From contig JBAYVT010000006.1 in the NCBI GenBank assembly GCA_041674405.1, forward strand, positions 25,153 to 57,152: a DNA stretch of 32,000 nt, written 5' to 3'. The stretch is from Patescibacteria group bacterium (GTDB lineage: Bacteria > Patescibacteriota > UBA1384 > XYA2-FULL-43-10). The translations under genes and the position numbers were made by a program. Position 1 is the first letter of the stretch. Every line of letters starts with the position of its first letter. Positions 8,226-16,385 of the stretch are shown piece by piece. Under the pieces are notes generated by a model. The model worked only from the letters and a program-made list of their open reading frames with translations. It was not told where the DNA came from and ran no database searches.

Positions 8226-9425
8226 TTACATCACATTCACTAAGCCGTAAATCGGCTGCAGAACCGACATGATTATTAAGCCGATACCAGCACCCATTAC
8301 AATCATCAAAATCGGCTCTAGCAAAGTGGAAAGGTTATTGGTGATATTTTCTACATCTTTATCAAAGAAATTAGCCATGCTTTCGAATACTTTATCCATG
8401 CTGCCGGATTTCTCGCCGACGGAGGCAAGCTGGCCAATGATAGCGGGGAATAGCTTGGATTCTTTAAGTACTTTTGAAACCGATTGTCCAACTTCAACTT
8501 TTTTGATCATTCGATCCAGCTCTTCTTCATAGAGCACATTACCGATTACTCTTTTCGATGTCTCAAAAATATCAAGCAGGGGAAGGCCGGCGGAAGTTAA
8601 TCCAGCAAACGTTCGCGTGAATTTGGCCATATATGTTTTTTTGAATAAATTACCAAGAACCGGAATATGCAACTTCATGCTGTCAAAAAGATGCCGACCC
8701 TCTTTGGTTTTTGCAAAATAACTTATAAGAACCGATAATATCGCGATACCAATGACGATCCAAATAATGTTGTTTTTGAGAAAAAAGGATATGGCAACGA
8801 TAGCTCTTGTGAGAGCGGGCAAGGGAGCCCCGGCATCATCGAAAATTAGTTTTAACTGGGGTATGATTACAATCAAAATTACTGCCATTACAACAATCAA
8901 GGTAATCATTACGAAGATGGGATAAACCATCGCCCCGCGTAACTTGGATGAAATTTCATAATCCTTTTCAAGCTGCACTGTTAAGCCATCTAAGACTGAG
9001 TCAAGTTTGCCTGATTTTTCACCTGATTTGACGGTATTGACGTAAACTTCGGAAAAAGAGTCCGGAAATTTTGCCATCGCATCTGAAAGCTGGGTGCCCC
9101 CTTTGACATCGTTGATAATTTCGCCAATTTCTTTTGCAAATTTCTTATTCGATACCTCTCCTTTCAGTGCGTCAAGGGCATCAACGACAGAGAGGCCGGA
9201 CTTTATCATTACGGCAAGCTGCTGCGTTAAAATGATTTTGTCCTTAAGGCTGGTTTTGCCTGATAAGAATGAAAAGACCGATTTTCTGCCATTTTCGGAG
9301 TCTATTTTTGAAATGAACAAGCCGTTATCGCGAAGTGCTAAAATCGCCCCGGCCTCATCTGCCGATTCGATTTCCCCCTTAACTATTTCTCCTTCGCCAT
9401 TTCTGGCCTGATATTTGAAACGCAT
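8226..9425 (-). CDS. pilC: PilC / GspF-family type IV pilus platform protein
   Basis: ~400 aa with two T2SSF repeats (LTQQLAVMIKSGLSVVDAL...; FTRTFAGLTSAGLPLLDIF...), 3 TM segments and a C-terminal GAGIGLIIMSVLQPIY. ATG 9425 is preceded by GGAGA; the track start (TTG 9440) is less likely. Confidence 0.9.
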   Translation of the reverse strand: MRFKYQARNGEGEIVKGEIESADEAGAILALRDNGLFISKIDSENGRKSVFSFLSGKTSLKDKIILTQQLAVMIKSGLSVVDALDALKGEVSNKKFAKEIGEIINDVKGGTQLSDAMAKFPDSFSEVYVNTVKSGEKSGKLDSVLDGLTVQLEKDYEISSKLRGAMVYPIFVMITLIVVMAVILIVIIPQLKLIFDDAGAPLPALTRAIVAISFFLKNNIIWIVIGIAILSVLISYFAKTKEGRHLFDSMKLHIPVLGNLFKKTYMAKFTRTFAGLTSAGLPLLDIFETSKRVIGNVLYEEELDRMIKKVEVGQSVSKVLKESKLFPAIIGQLASVGEKSGSMDKVFESMANFFDKDVENITNNLSTLLEPILMIVMGAGIGLIIMSVLQPIYGLVNVM

Positions 9426-9440
9426 TTGGTCTCCGGCCAA

Positions 9441-9563
9441 TATAATCTGAAATTACTTCACAGAATCTTTACACAGAATGGTACAGAATTAATTACCAGA
9501 ATTTTTATTTAATAACGCAGAATTTATTTCTGTGATTTTCTGTGGGCTATTCTTCTGTGACCG
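9441..9563. repeat. CACAGAAT direct-then-inverted oligo-repeat module in the pilB-pilC spacer
   Basis: cacagaat, acacagaat, tacagaat, accagaat, gcagaat, followed by the inverted words ttctgtga, ttctgtgg, ttctgtga. Same layout as 12418-12520. Confidence 0.6.
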
Positions 9564-12092
9564 TCAATCTTTTGTTACTCTCCAGACTTCTTCCATTGAG
9601 GTTAAACCATCGAATGCTTTTAAGATTCCGTCTTGAATCATGGTCACCATTCCGTCTTTGACTGCTTGGTCGCAAATTTTACTCGACTGAACCCGTTCCA
9701 GAATTAATCCTTTGACTTCAGCATTTATATTCAATGCCTCGAAAAGGCCAATTCTGCCTTTGTAACCTGTGTTGTCGCAATTTTTGCATCCTTTTCCTTT
9801 AAAAAATTTCATTTCTTTTTTCTCAACAGCAGTTTTTTCGGCTGCTGGCATTTTGCTGATTTCTTCTTTGATTTTTGCTATCTCTTCGGCAGAAATTTTT
9901 ATTTCTTCTTTGCAATTCTCGCAGATTTTTCTTGCTAGTCGCTGGCCGATCACGCAGTTTAGGGAAGAGGTAAGAAGAAATGGTTCGACTCCCATATCAA
10001 TCATGCGTGGAGCAGCGCCTGAGGCATCATTCGTATGAAGGGTCGACAAAACTATATGTCCGGTGAGTGCCGCATGCACTGCCATGTCTGCAGTCTCAGC
10101 GTCGCGAATTTCACCGATCATTACGATATCCGGATCCTGCCGCAGGATAGACCGCAGCCCATTGGCAAATGTATAGCCGATGTCTGAATTGACTTGGCTT
10201 TGGTTAATGCCGGTCATTTGATACTCTATCGGGTCTTCGAGCGTAACGATATTGGTACTTTCGCTGTAAAGCTCATCGATCATGGCATAAAGCGATGTGG
10301 TTTTTCCTGAACCAGTCGGTCCGGTGACCAAGATCATGCCGTGACTCTTTTTCAAATTGTCGGTGAGAGTATCAAGACCGGATCCTCGCAGGCCGAGTTG
10401 CTCAATGGTGAGAATCCCGGTCTCTTTATCCAAAATTCTCATCACGATTTTTTCACCAAATGCCACCGGCATGGTTGAGACGCGGAAATCTACACGTCGA
10501 TTATCAACCGTAATATTGAATCTGCCGTCCTGGGGTAATCTTTGCTCGTCTATTTTCAAATTGGATAGAATTTTGATCCTTGAAATAACCGATGACTGAA
10601 TGTCTTTGGGCAAATCCACCTTCTTCTTAAGCACTCCGTCCAGCCTAAATCTCACCTCAACTTCCTTTTCTGTTGGTTCGATATGTATGTCAGATGCCTT
10701 ATCGCGAATTGCCCGTTTTAGAAGTGAGGCGACAATTCTAGCAGCCGGAGCATCATCAGCGGCAGCATCTTCTTCCAGATTTGAAGATTTCCTGTCAATG
10801 ACTTTTTTAGAACCTTCTTCGTCATCCTCAACTGATTCAATGGCCTGGGATACTTCGGATTCAAGCCCCTGATATTGCGAAAGAATATTGTTTATATCAG
10901 ATTCTGTAGCTAAAGTAATTTCAATATTTGCGCCCAAAATTCTCTTCAAAATTTCTTTTGCTTCGATATCTTCGGGGTCAACCATCGAAACAATAACTTT
11001 GCCATCTTGCTCTTCGATTGGCACGGCTTTGTATTTTCTGGCGATATTTTCTGGAATTCTTCCCAAAATTTCCTTGGGGACAGTTGTTTTGGACAAATCT
11101 TTATATTTGATGTCGGCTTTTTGTGTCAGCCTTGTATTCAAAATAGGGGTGCTTTTTGGGGGCAATGCGCTCTCGTGTGCTTTTTCGGCTATCAAATCTT
11201 GTGCATTGGTTTCTTGAAGCTCGCCCTTAACTTTATCAATTTTTTGCTCAGCAAGTTTTCCAATAAGGGGTTTTGCTCCGAGATCTGTTCCGCCTGCCGC
11301 AGCATCGAATATTCCGCCCTCTTTTAGATTGATATGTTCAGAATCTTTTTGGGGTGCTGGCGCTTCAGAGACCTTATCTTCTGTTTTTTTGCCAAAACCA
11401 AATTTTTCTTTGAGAATCGAAAATGGGCCTTGTGCCGGTTCTGCTTTCTCTGATTTTTTTTCTGTTTCTCCTCGATGAACTCGAATGGCGTCTTTGAATG
11501 TCGAGATTTCGTGCGTGCCGTCTTTCATAATCTCATCGTAAACATTCGAATTATTCGGTTTCGGTTTCTCGGTTGTACCTTGTTGTGCATGCTTGGCCTG
11601 GTCGTATGCCTCGATGTCATCAATATCCTCAAGATTAGCTTGTTTGCTGGCATCGGTGGTGGTTTGCTTTATAACCGGAAGAGGTTTTGCTGCGTTTTTT
11701 AAGGCAGGAGAAACTACGTTTGCCGGTGTTTTCTCGTCAGAATCTTTTATTGGAACAAATTTTTCTTTAGCTTTTGTTGCTTTGTGCATTGTTGGGTTAT
11801 CCAGAAGCTCAGATCCGTTCGCCAAAGCTTTAATGTTGCCAGAGGGCAGCCATTTGGCAACATTGGTCGGAAGCATCACCATTCGTTTGGAAGCACCGAA
11901 TTTGGGATGGTTTATTACTTTGGAAGGATAATGCACCGTATAAAAAGTGCCGAAGTTGGAGTATACGATCTTCTCGTCGCGCTCGAGGACATCTGTTACG
12001 ACAGCGCCAAAAGCAATAACCAGATTCTCTGCCTGGCGCATAGAAAGCTTAGTTCTTTTAGCAATTTCCTTTGCCAAAGATTTGCGTGTCAT
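9564..12092 (-). CDS. pilB: Type IV pilus extension ATPase PilB (GspE family) with N-terminal HU/IHF-like DNA-binding domain and ~240-aa low-complexity linker
   Basis: aa 1-90 match the HU pattern (see finding). aa ~335-408 form a GspE-N domain (IPENIARKYKAVPIEEQDGKVIVSMVDPEDIEAKEIL). The ATPase core has Walker A GPTGSGKTT, Asp box TLEDPIEY, Walker B DPDIVMIGEIRD, His box LSTLHTNDA and a tetracysteine motif CENC...CKNC. GGAGGGG SD lies before ATG 12092. Confidence 0.9.
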   Translation of the reverse strand: MTRKSLAKEIAKRTKLSMRQAENLVIAFGAVVTDVLERDEKIVYSNFGTFYTVHYPSKVINHPKFGASKRMVMLPTNVAKWLPSGNIKALANGSELLDNPTMHKATKAKEKFVPIKDSDEKTPANVVSPALKNAAKPLPVIKQTTTDASKQANLEDIDDIEAYDQAKHAQQGTTEKPKPNNSNVYDEIMKDGTHEISTFKDAIRVHRGETEKKSEKAEPAQGPFSILKEKFGFGKKTEDKVSEAPAPQKDSEHINLKEGGIFDAAAGGTDLGAKPLIGKLAEQKIDKVKGELQETNAQDLIAEKAHESALPPKSTPILNTRLTQKADIKYKDLSKTTVPKEILGRIPENIARKYKAVPIEEQDGKVIVSMVDPEDIEAKEILKRILGANIEITLATESDINNILSQYQGLESEVSQAIESVEDDEEGSKKVIDRKSSNLEEDAAADDAPAARIVASLLKRAIRDKASDIHIEPTEKEVEVRFRLDGVLKKKVDLPKDIQSSVISRIKILSNLKIDEQRLPQDGRFNITVDNRRVDFRVSTMPVAFGEKIVMRILDKETGILTIEQLGLRGSGLDTLTDNLKKSHGMILVTGPTGSGKTTSLYAMIDELYSESTNIVTLEDPIEYQMTGINQSQVNSDIGYTFANGLRSILRQDPDIVMIGEIRDAETADMAVHAALTGHIVLSTLHTNDASGAAPRMIDMGVEPFLLTSSLNCVIGQRLARKICENCKEEIKISAEEIAKIKEEISKMPAAEKTAVEKKEMKFFKGKGCKNCDNTGYKGRIGLFEALNINAEVKGLILERVQSSKICDQAVKDGMVTMIQDGILKAFDGLTSMEEVWRVTKD

Positions 12093-12114
12093 TGCCCCTC
12101 CGAATTACAAAAAT

Positions 12115-12143
12115 ATTCTATCATTAGCGGATTTATTTATCAA
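12115..12143 (-). promoter_or_regulatory. Sigma70-like promoter for pilB (TTGATA-17-TAGAAT on the minus strand)
   Basis: The reverse complement reads ttgata aataaatccgctaatga tagaat, about 25 nt upstream of the pilB start. Confidence 0.45.
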
Positions 12144-12417
12144 GCGTTTTTATGGGAAAAAAGGACATATTTGTAAATTTACTAGTGCTGTAGCTTATTC
12201 AACAACCAAAACTACTATTAGACAATTGCTTAGCAATAAAGCGACTAGCTATAGTGTTGATTAACTATTGAGCAATCCACAATCTGTTCACAACTCTGGG
12301 GAGAAGCTGGGGATAAAACCCCAGTTTTTAGTTGTTAGTTTTTAGTTATTCGTTATGGGAGCACTCATTTATACTCTAGTTTTCGTCATATGGGGGAGAC
12401 ATCTATAATGAATTTAC

Positions 12418-12520
12418 ATCCACGGAAAATCTACACAGAAAATCACGGAAAGCATTCGCGGAAAGCTAAAAAATCCAGGAGAGTTAGTTCTGTGTAATTC
12501 TGCGTGAAAATTCTGTGGGA
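12418..12520. repeat. CAC(A/G)GAAA direct-then-inverted oligo-repeat module upstream of dnaX
   Basis: cacggaaaa, cacagaaaa, cacggaaag, cgcggaaag, then the inverted words ttctgtgt, ttctgcgtg, ttctgtggg. Same word family and layout as 9441-9563. Confidence 0.6.
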
Positions 12521-12551
12521 TAATTTCAAATTATAAATGGAGCGTAGCGAA

Positions 12552-14297
12552 ATGTCTTTGTATCGAAAATACAGGCCGCAGAAATTCAATGATCTTGTTG
12601 GGCAAGATCATATTCGTGATACTCTGCTTCAAGCAGTAAAAGATAACCAGATTTCACATGCCTATCTTTTCACTGGGCCACGCGGAACCGGCAAAACCAC
12701 AGCTGCAAGGCTGATTGCCAAAGTTGCAAATTGCCACGAGATTCTTGAATCAATAAAAAGCGGGAAGACATCTTCTGGTGAGCCATGCAATAATTGCGAA
12801 TCTTGCAAAGACATACTTTCAAATAAATCAATCGACATCATAGAAATTGATGCTGCATCGAACAGGGGAATAGACGAGATAAGAGAGCTTCGCGAGAATG
12901 TTAAATTCACGCCGGCGAAATCAAAATACAAGGTTTATATCATAGATGAAGTTCATATGTTGACCAAAGAAGCTTTCAATGCGCTTTTGAAAACTCTGGA
13001 GGAACCGCCTGCGCATGCGATTTTCATCTTGGCGACGACCGAAGCGCACAAAGTGCCGGCAACGATTGTTTCCCGTACCCAGCGTTTTGATTTTCACCGC
13101 ATCGGCAAAGATGATCTTAAAAAGAACCTTGAAAAGATCGCCAAAGCGGAAAAAATCGATATCGAACCCGAAGCAATTTCTTTGATAATTTCGGCAGCCG
13201 AAGGCGGACACCGCGATGCGATTTCGCTTCTCGACCAGGTGTCGGGAATCGAAAAAAAAGTAAGTGCAGAATCGGTCAGAAATATATTGGGACTTGTCCC
13301 AAGCGAAGAAGTGTTTGCACTTCTGGGGGCGATTTTTAATACCAATCCGGAGGAGGGATTAAAAATCGCCCATCGCTTGTTTGAAACCGGCCACGACATG
13401 GCAAACTTGAACAAGCAGATTATCGAAACACTGCGCCGGATTCTCCTTTTTTTGATGTCGGAAAAATTTCTTTTTGAAGATACAAAAGAGAATGAAATAG
13501 CTATCAAAAAAACCTGTGAAGAGTTGAACGAAAGTGGCGGTTCAACCGCCAAAATCACAGCCCTGATTGATGTTTTTATTGAATCGGGCAAGCTTCTCAA
13601 GGATGTCAACATGCCGATACTGCCAATCGAGATAGCGATTGTTGAGGGAAGCGTTCTCTTCGAGAAAATGCCAAAAGACAAATTGCAAATGACAAATAAA
13701 ATATCAAATCCGAATGTCCAAGATCCAAAAACGGATAGTCATTCCGACCAATCCGCCAGCTGGCGGAGAGCGGAGGAATCTCCAAAAGAACCTGACCGCA
13801 ATAATTTTCAAAAGATCTCTCCATCCCACTCCGCCGAGGTTTCGAGAGACAAGCAAAATCTAGATGACAAGAAAGAAGAATTAGAAAACCGAAATGAAAA
13901 AATCGAGATGGGAGAGGAGAAAAAAACCACATCTCACAACTCACATCCCGCAAAACCAGCCGAAGTAACTTCGGCCCCTGTTATTGAGATGACTCTGGAT
14001 AGTTGGCAGAAAATTATTGCCGAGATCAAAAATGAAAACACATCGCTTGCGGCGCTTCTGCGAGATTCGAAACCAGTGGCACTCGAGGGCGAAAAGATGA
14101 TTCTGGGCGTCAAATTTCCATTTCATAAAGACAAAATCTCCGAGCCGAAAAATATCCAGATCATCGAGGAAACGATCAAAAAATTGACCGGCAAAACCTA
14201 TATTGTAGAAGTTAAAATTGCTGATCTGCGAGCAAAACCGAAAGAGAAAGCATCGGACGACGAACTGCAGAAAGCAGCAGAAGAGATTTTCTCATAA
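12552..14297 (+). CDS. dnaX: DNA polymerase III subunit gamma/tau
   Basis: MSLYRKYRPQKFNDLVGQDHI, Walker A GPRGTGKTT, Zn module CNNCESC, DEVHML, SRTQRF, and a C-terminal DnaX domain (SWQKIIAEIKNENTSLAALLRDSKPV...). ATG 12552 follows GGAGC; the track start at 12537 has no SD. Confidence 0.92.
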   Translation: MSLYRKYRPQKFNDLVGQDHIRDTLLQAVKDNQISHAYLFTGPRGTGKTTAARLIAKVANCHEILESIKSGKTSSGEPCNNCESCKDILSNKSIDIIEIDAASNRGIDEIRELRENVKFTPAKSKYKVYIIDEVHMLTKEAFNALLKTLEEPPAHAIFILATTEAHKVPATIVSRTQRFDFHRIGKDDLKKNLEKIAKAEKIDIEPEAISLIISAAEGGHRDAISLLDQVSGIEKKVSAESVRNILGLVPSEEVFALLGAIFNTNPEEGLKIAHRLFETGHDMANLNKQIIETLRRILLFLMSEKFLFEDTKENEIAIKKTCEELNESGGSTAKITALIDVFIESGKLLKDVNMPILPIEIAIVEGSVLFEKMPKDKLQMTNKISNPNVQDPKTDSHSDQSASWRRAEESPKEPDRNNFQKISPSHSAEVSRDKQNLDDKKEELENRNEKIEMGEEKKTTSHNSHPAKPAEVTSAPVIEMTLDSWQKIIAEIKNENTSLAALLRDSKPVALEGEKMILGVKFPFHKDKISEPKNIQIIEETIKKLTGKTYIVEVKIADLRAKPKEKASDDELQKAAEEIFS

Positions 14298-14389
14298 TGT
14301 CAAAATCCGAATGTCGAATGTCAAACAAAAATATTAAATTTCCAATTTATTTGTAATTTGAAATTTGTAATTCATGTGTTGGAGGGTCT

Positions 14390-15823
14390 GTGCCTCGTGA
14401 TAATGAAAAAAAACAGAATAATGAACGCAAAAAGAAGGTCGTCATTCCTTCCGGAGTTCGGATTCCGCCGCAAAATGTCGATGCCGAACGCTCAGTTTTG
14501 GGTGCTATTCTTATTGATAAGGATGCAATTATCAAAGTAGCCGATATCGTCCGTCCGGAAGATTTCTACGAGTTTCGCCACGAGACGATTTTTTCGGCGA
14601 TGCTCGAACTTTTTGATAAGCGCCAACCGATTGATATAATCACGCTTTCCGAAACATTAGAAGCAATGGAAAAGCTTAAGGAAATTGGAGGCTCGAGTTA
14701 TCTTGCGGATATTGTAAATTCTACACCCTCTGCTTCCAACATCGTTTACTATGCGCAAATTGTCCGCGACAAGGCGGTTTTGCGCCGGCTTATTGAATCG
14801 TCGGGAAACATCAATCAGCTTGGTTATGATGAAGATGCCGATATTTCCGATACGCTGGACAAAGCGGAACAGCTTCTTTTTGCCGTCTCGCAGAAATTCA
14901 TGAAAGAGAAATTTACGGCGGTTAAAGATGTGCTTACAGAAGCTTTCGATCGTATCGACAAGATTCATAAGGATAAGGATAAGGGGGCAATCCGCGGCGT
15001 GCCATCCGGTTTTCGTGATCTTGACAACATCACTGCCGGCTTTCAGAATAGCGACCTTCTGATTCTTGCTGCCAGGCCTTCCATGGGTAAAACTTCCTTC
15101 GCCTTAAACCTTGCCGAACACGCGGCGATCGAGGAAAAAATTCCGGTCGGAATTTTTTCCTTGGAAATGAGCAAAGAGCAGCTCGTCGACAGGCTTCTTG
15201 CATCGCAGGCCGGGGTGGATTCCTGGAAGCTGAGAACGGGAAATTTATCAGACGAAGATTTTCCAAAAATTGGTTATGCGATGGGAGTCTTGTCGGAAGC
15301 GCCGCTCTTCATCGACGACACGCCGGGGGCAAATGTGATGGAAATTCGTGCCAAGGCTCGCCGCCTGCAGATGGAGCATGGGCTTGGGCTGGTAATCATC
15401 GACTACCTTCAGCTTATGGAAGGAAAATCCCATTCCGGTGACTCAAATCGAGTGCAGGAAATATCGGAAATATCCCGCTCACTCAAGGGCTTGGCGCGTG
15501 AGCTTAAAGTTCCGGTGATCGCACTATCACAGCTCTCCCGTGCAGTCGAGCACCGGCCTGACAAGCGACCGCAATTATCCGACTTGCGTGAATCTGGTTC
15601 TATCGAGCAAGATGCCGATATCGTGATGTTCCTTTATCGCGAAGAGTATTATGAGCCGGAAACCTCGAAGAAGGGAATTACTGAAGTCTTGATCAAGAAG
15701 CATAGAAATGGCCCGACGGGCGGGATGGAGCTCTTCTTCCAGCCTGAGCAGATGCGCTTCCGCGATCTCGAACGCGCCCGCTCCGCCGATATTTCTCCTA
15801 AAGATTTGGAACCAGTGGACTGA
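14390..15823 (+). CDS. dnaB: Replicative DNA helicase DnaB
   Basis: PPQNVDAERSVLGAIL, Walker A ARPSMGKTSFAL, IIDYLQLM, SQLSR, RESGSIEQDAD. GTG start 4 nt after GGAGGG. Confidence 0.95.
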   Translation: MPRDNEKKQNNERKKKVVIPSGVRIPPQNVDAERSVLGAILIDKDAIIKVADIVRPEDFYEFRHETIFSAMLELFDKRQPIDIITLSETLEAMEKLKEIGGSSYLADIVNSTPSASNIVYYAQIVRDKAVLRRLIESSGNINQLGYDEDADISDTLDKAEQLLFAVSQKFMKEKFTAVKDVLTEAFDRIDKIHKDKDKGAIRGVPSGFRDLDNITAGFQNSDLLILAARPSMGKTSFALNLAEHAAIEEKIPVGIFSLEMSKEQLVDRLLASQAGVDSWKLRTGNLSDEDFPKIGYAMGVLSEAPLFIDDTPGANVMEIRAKARRLQMEHGLGLVIIDYLQLMEGKSHSGDSNRVQEISEISRSLKGLARELKVPVIALSQLSRAVEHRPDKRPQLSDLRESGSIEQDADIVMFLYREEYYEPETSKKGITEVLIKKHRNGPTGGMELFFQPEQMRFRDLERARSADISPKDLEPVD

Positions 15824-16061
15824 GTCCCAAGGGGATGAAACACTGCTTGTCCCGCGTAGCTTCAGCGAAGTGGGGAGCGCTTTCGAAGGGCCAGTATATT
15901 GAGTTCATAAAGTTCATAAGGCATGCCCCATAGTGAAATAGCAGTTTCTGCTACTGGGATCCAAAATGTCTGTAAAGTCTATCATGCTGCGATGTTGACT
16001 ATTTTTGTGTTTTGATCTAATTTAGCCACGAGTAAACCATACTGCTTCGGAGGTGATTTCC

Positions 16062-16280
16062 GTGGCTCATCGCGGGAAGGGGGTGTTCAGGCGCAGGACC
16101 TGGGAGCCAAGGCGTCCGGTGTACATCACGCCGGAAGTAGTGGGAGGAAAGATTGCACGTGGAAAATGCCAGTGCGGCGAGCTGGTACCGACTCCGGAGA
16201 ACAGCGAGTTAGCGATTTTTTGCCCGGGATGCGGGCGGAGAATTGCTGGCAGCAATCGTTTCGCCGAGCTTTCGCATTGA
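16062..16280 (+). CDS. Small (72 aa) basic CxC...CxxC zinc-ribbon-like orphan protein in a GC-rich islet
   Basis: GGAGG (16049-16053), 8-nt spacer, GTG 16062. Sequence ...RGKCQCGELVPTPENSELAIFCPGCGRRI... A perfect 10-bp hairpin follows the stop directly. Local GC is clearly above the flanks. The opposite-strand ORF 16067..16294 has no SD. Confidence 0.5.
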   Translation: MAHRGKGVFRRRTWEPRRPVYITPEVVGGKIARGKCQCGELVPTPENSELAIFCPGCGRRIAGSNRFAELSH

Positions 16281-16307
16281 GTCCCGCCCTTCACCAGAGG
16301 GCGGGAC
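16281..16307 (+). terminator. Perfect 10-bp GC hairpin directly after the small ORF stop (weak T-tract)
   Basis: gtcccgccct tcaccag agggcgggac. Confidence 0.5.
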
Positions 16308-16385
16308 TTCGACCATTAATATAAAAAAACTTGCAACAGGACATGAAAAATATCTGGCGTGTTTTTTGGCGGGGCATATTAATGG

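Noticed and set aside
12265-12300. DnaA-box-like words (caatccaca, ctgttcaca; also tgtgggataa at 12513-12522) in the pilB/dnaX divergent region, as a possible oriC
   Set aside because: Each has 2-3 mismatches to, or an insertion relative to, TTATCCACA. No dnaA/dnaN gene or AT-rich unwinding repeats are nearby. The words are explained by the CACAGAA repeat family.
13250-13262. A8 tract in dnaX (gaaaaaaaagtaag) as a programmed slippage site producing a gamma-like short form (loss of one A gives an immediate TAA)
   Set aside because: The site lies around codon 235, before clamp-loader domain III would be complete, so a truncated product would be non-functional. The A7 tract at 13921-13927 in the linker is better placed but has no stimulatory structure that I can see. 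This is speculative only.
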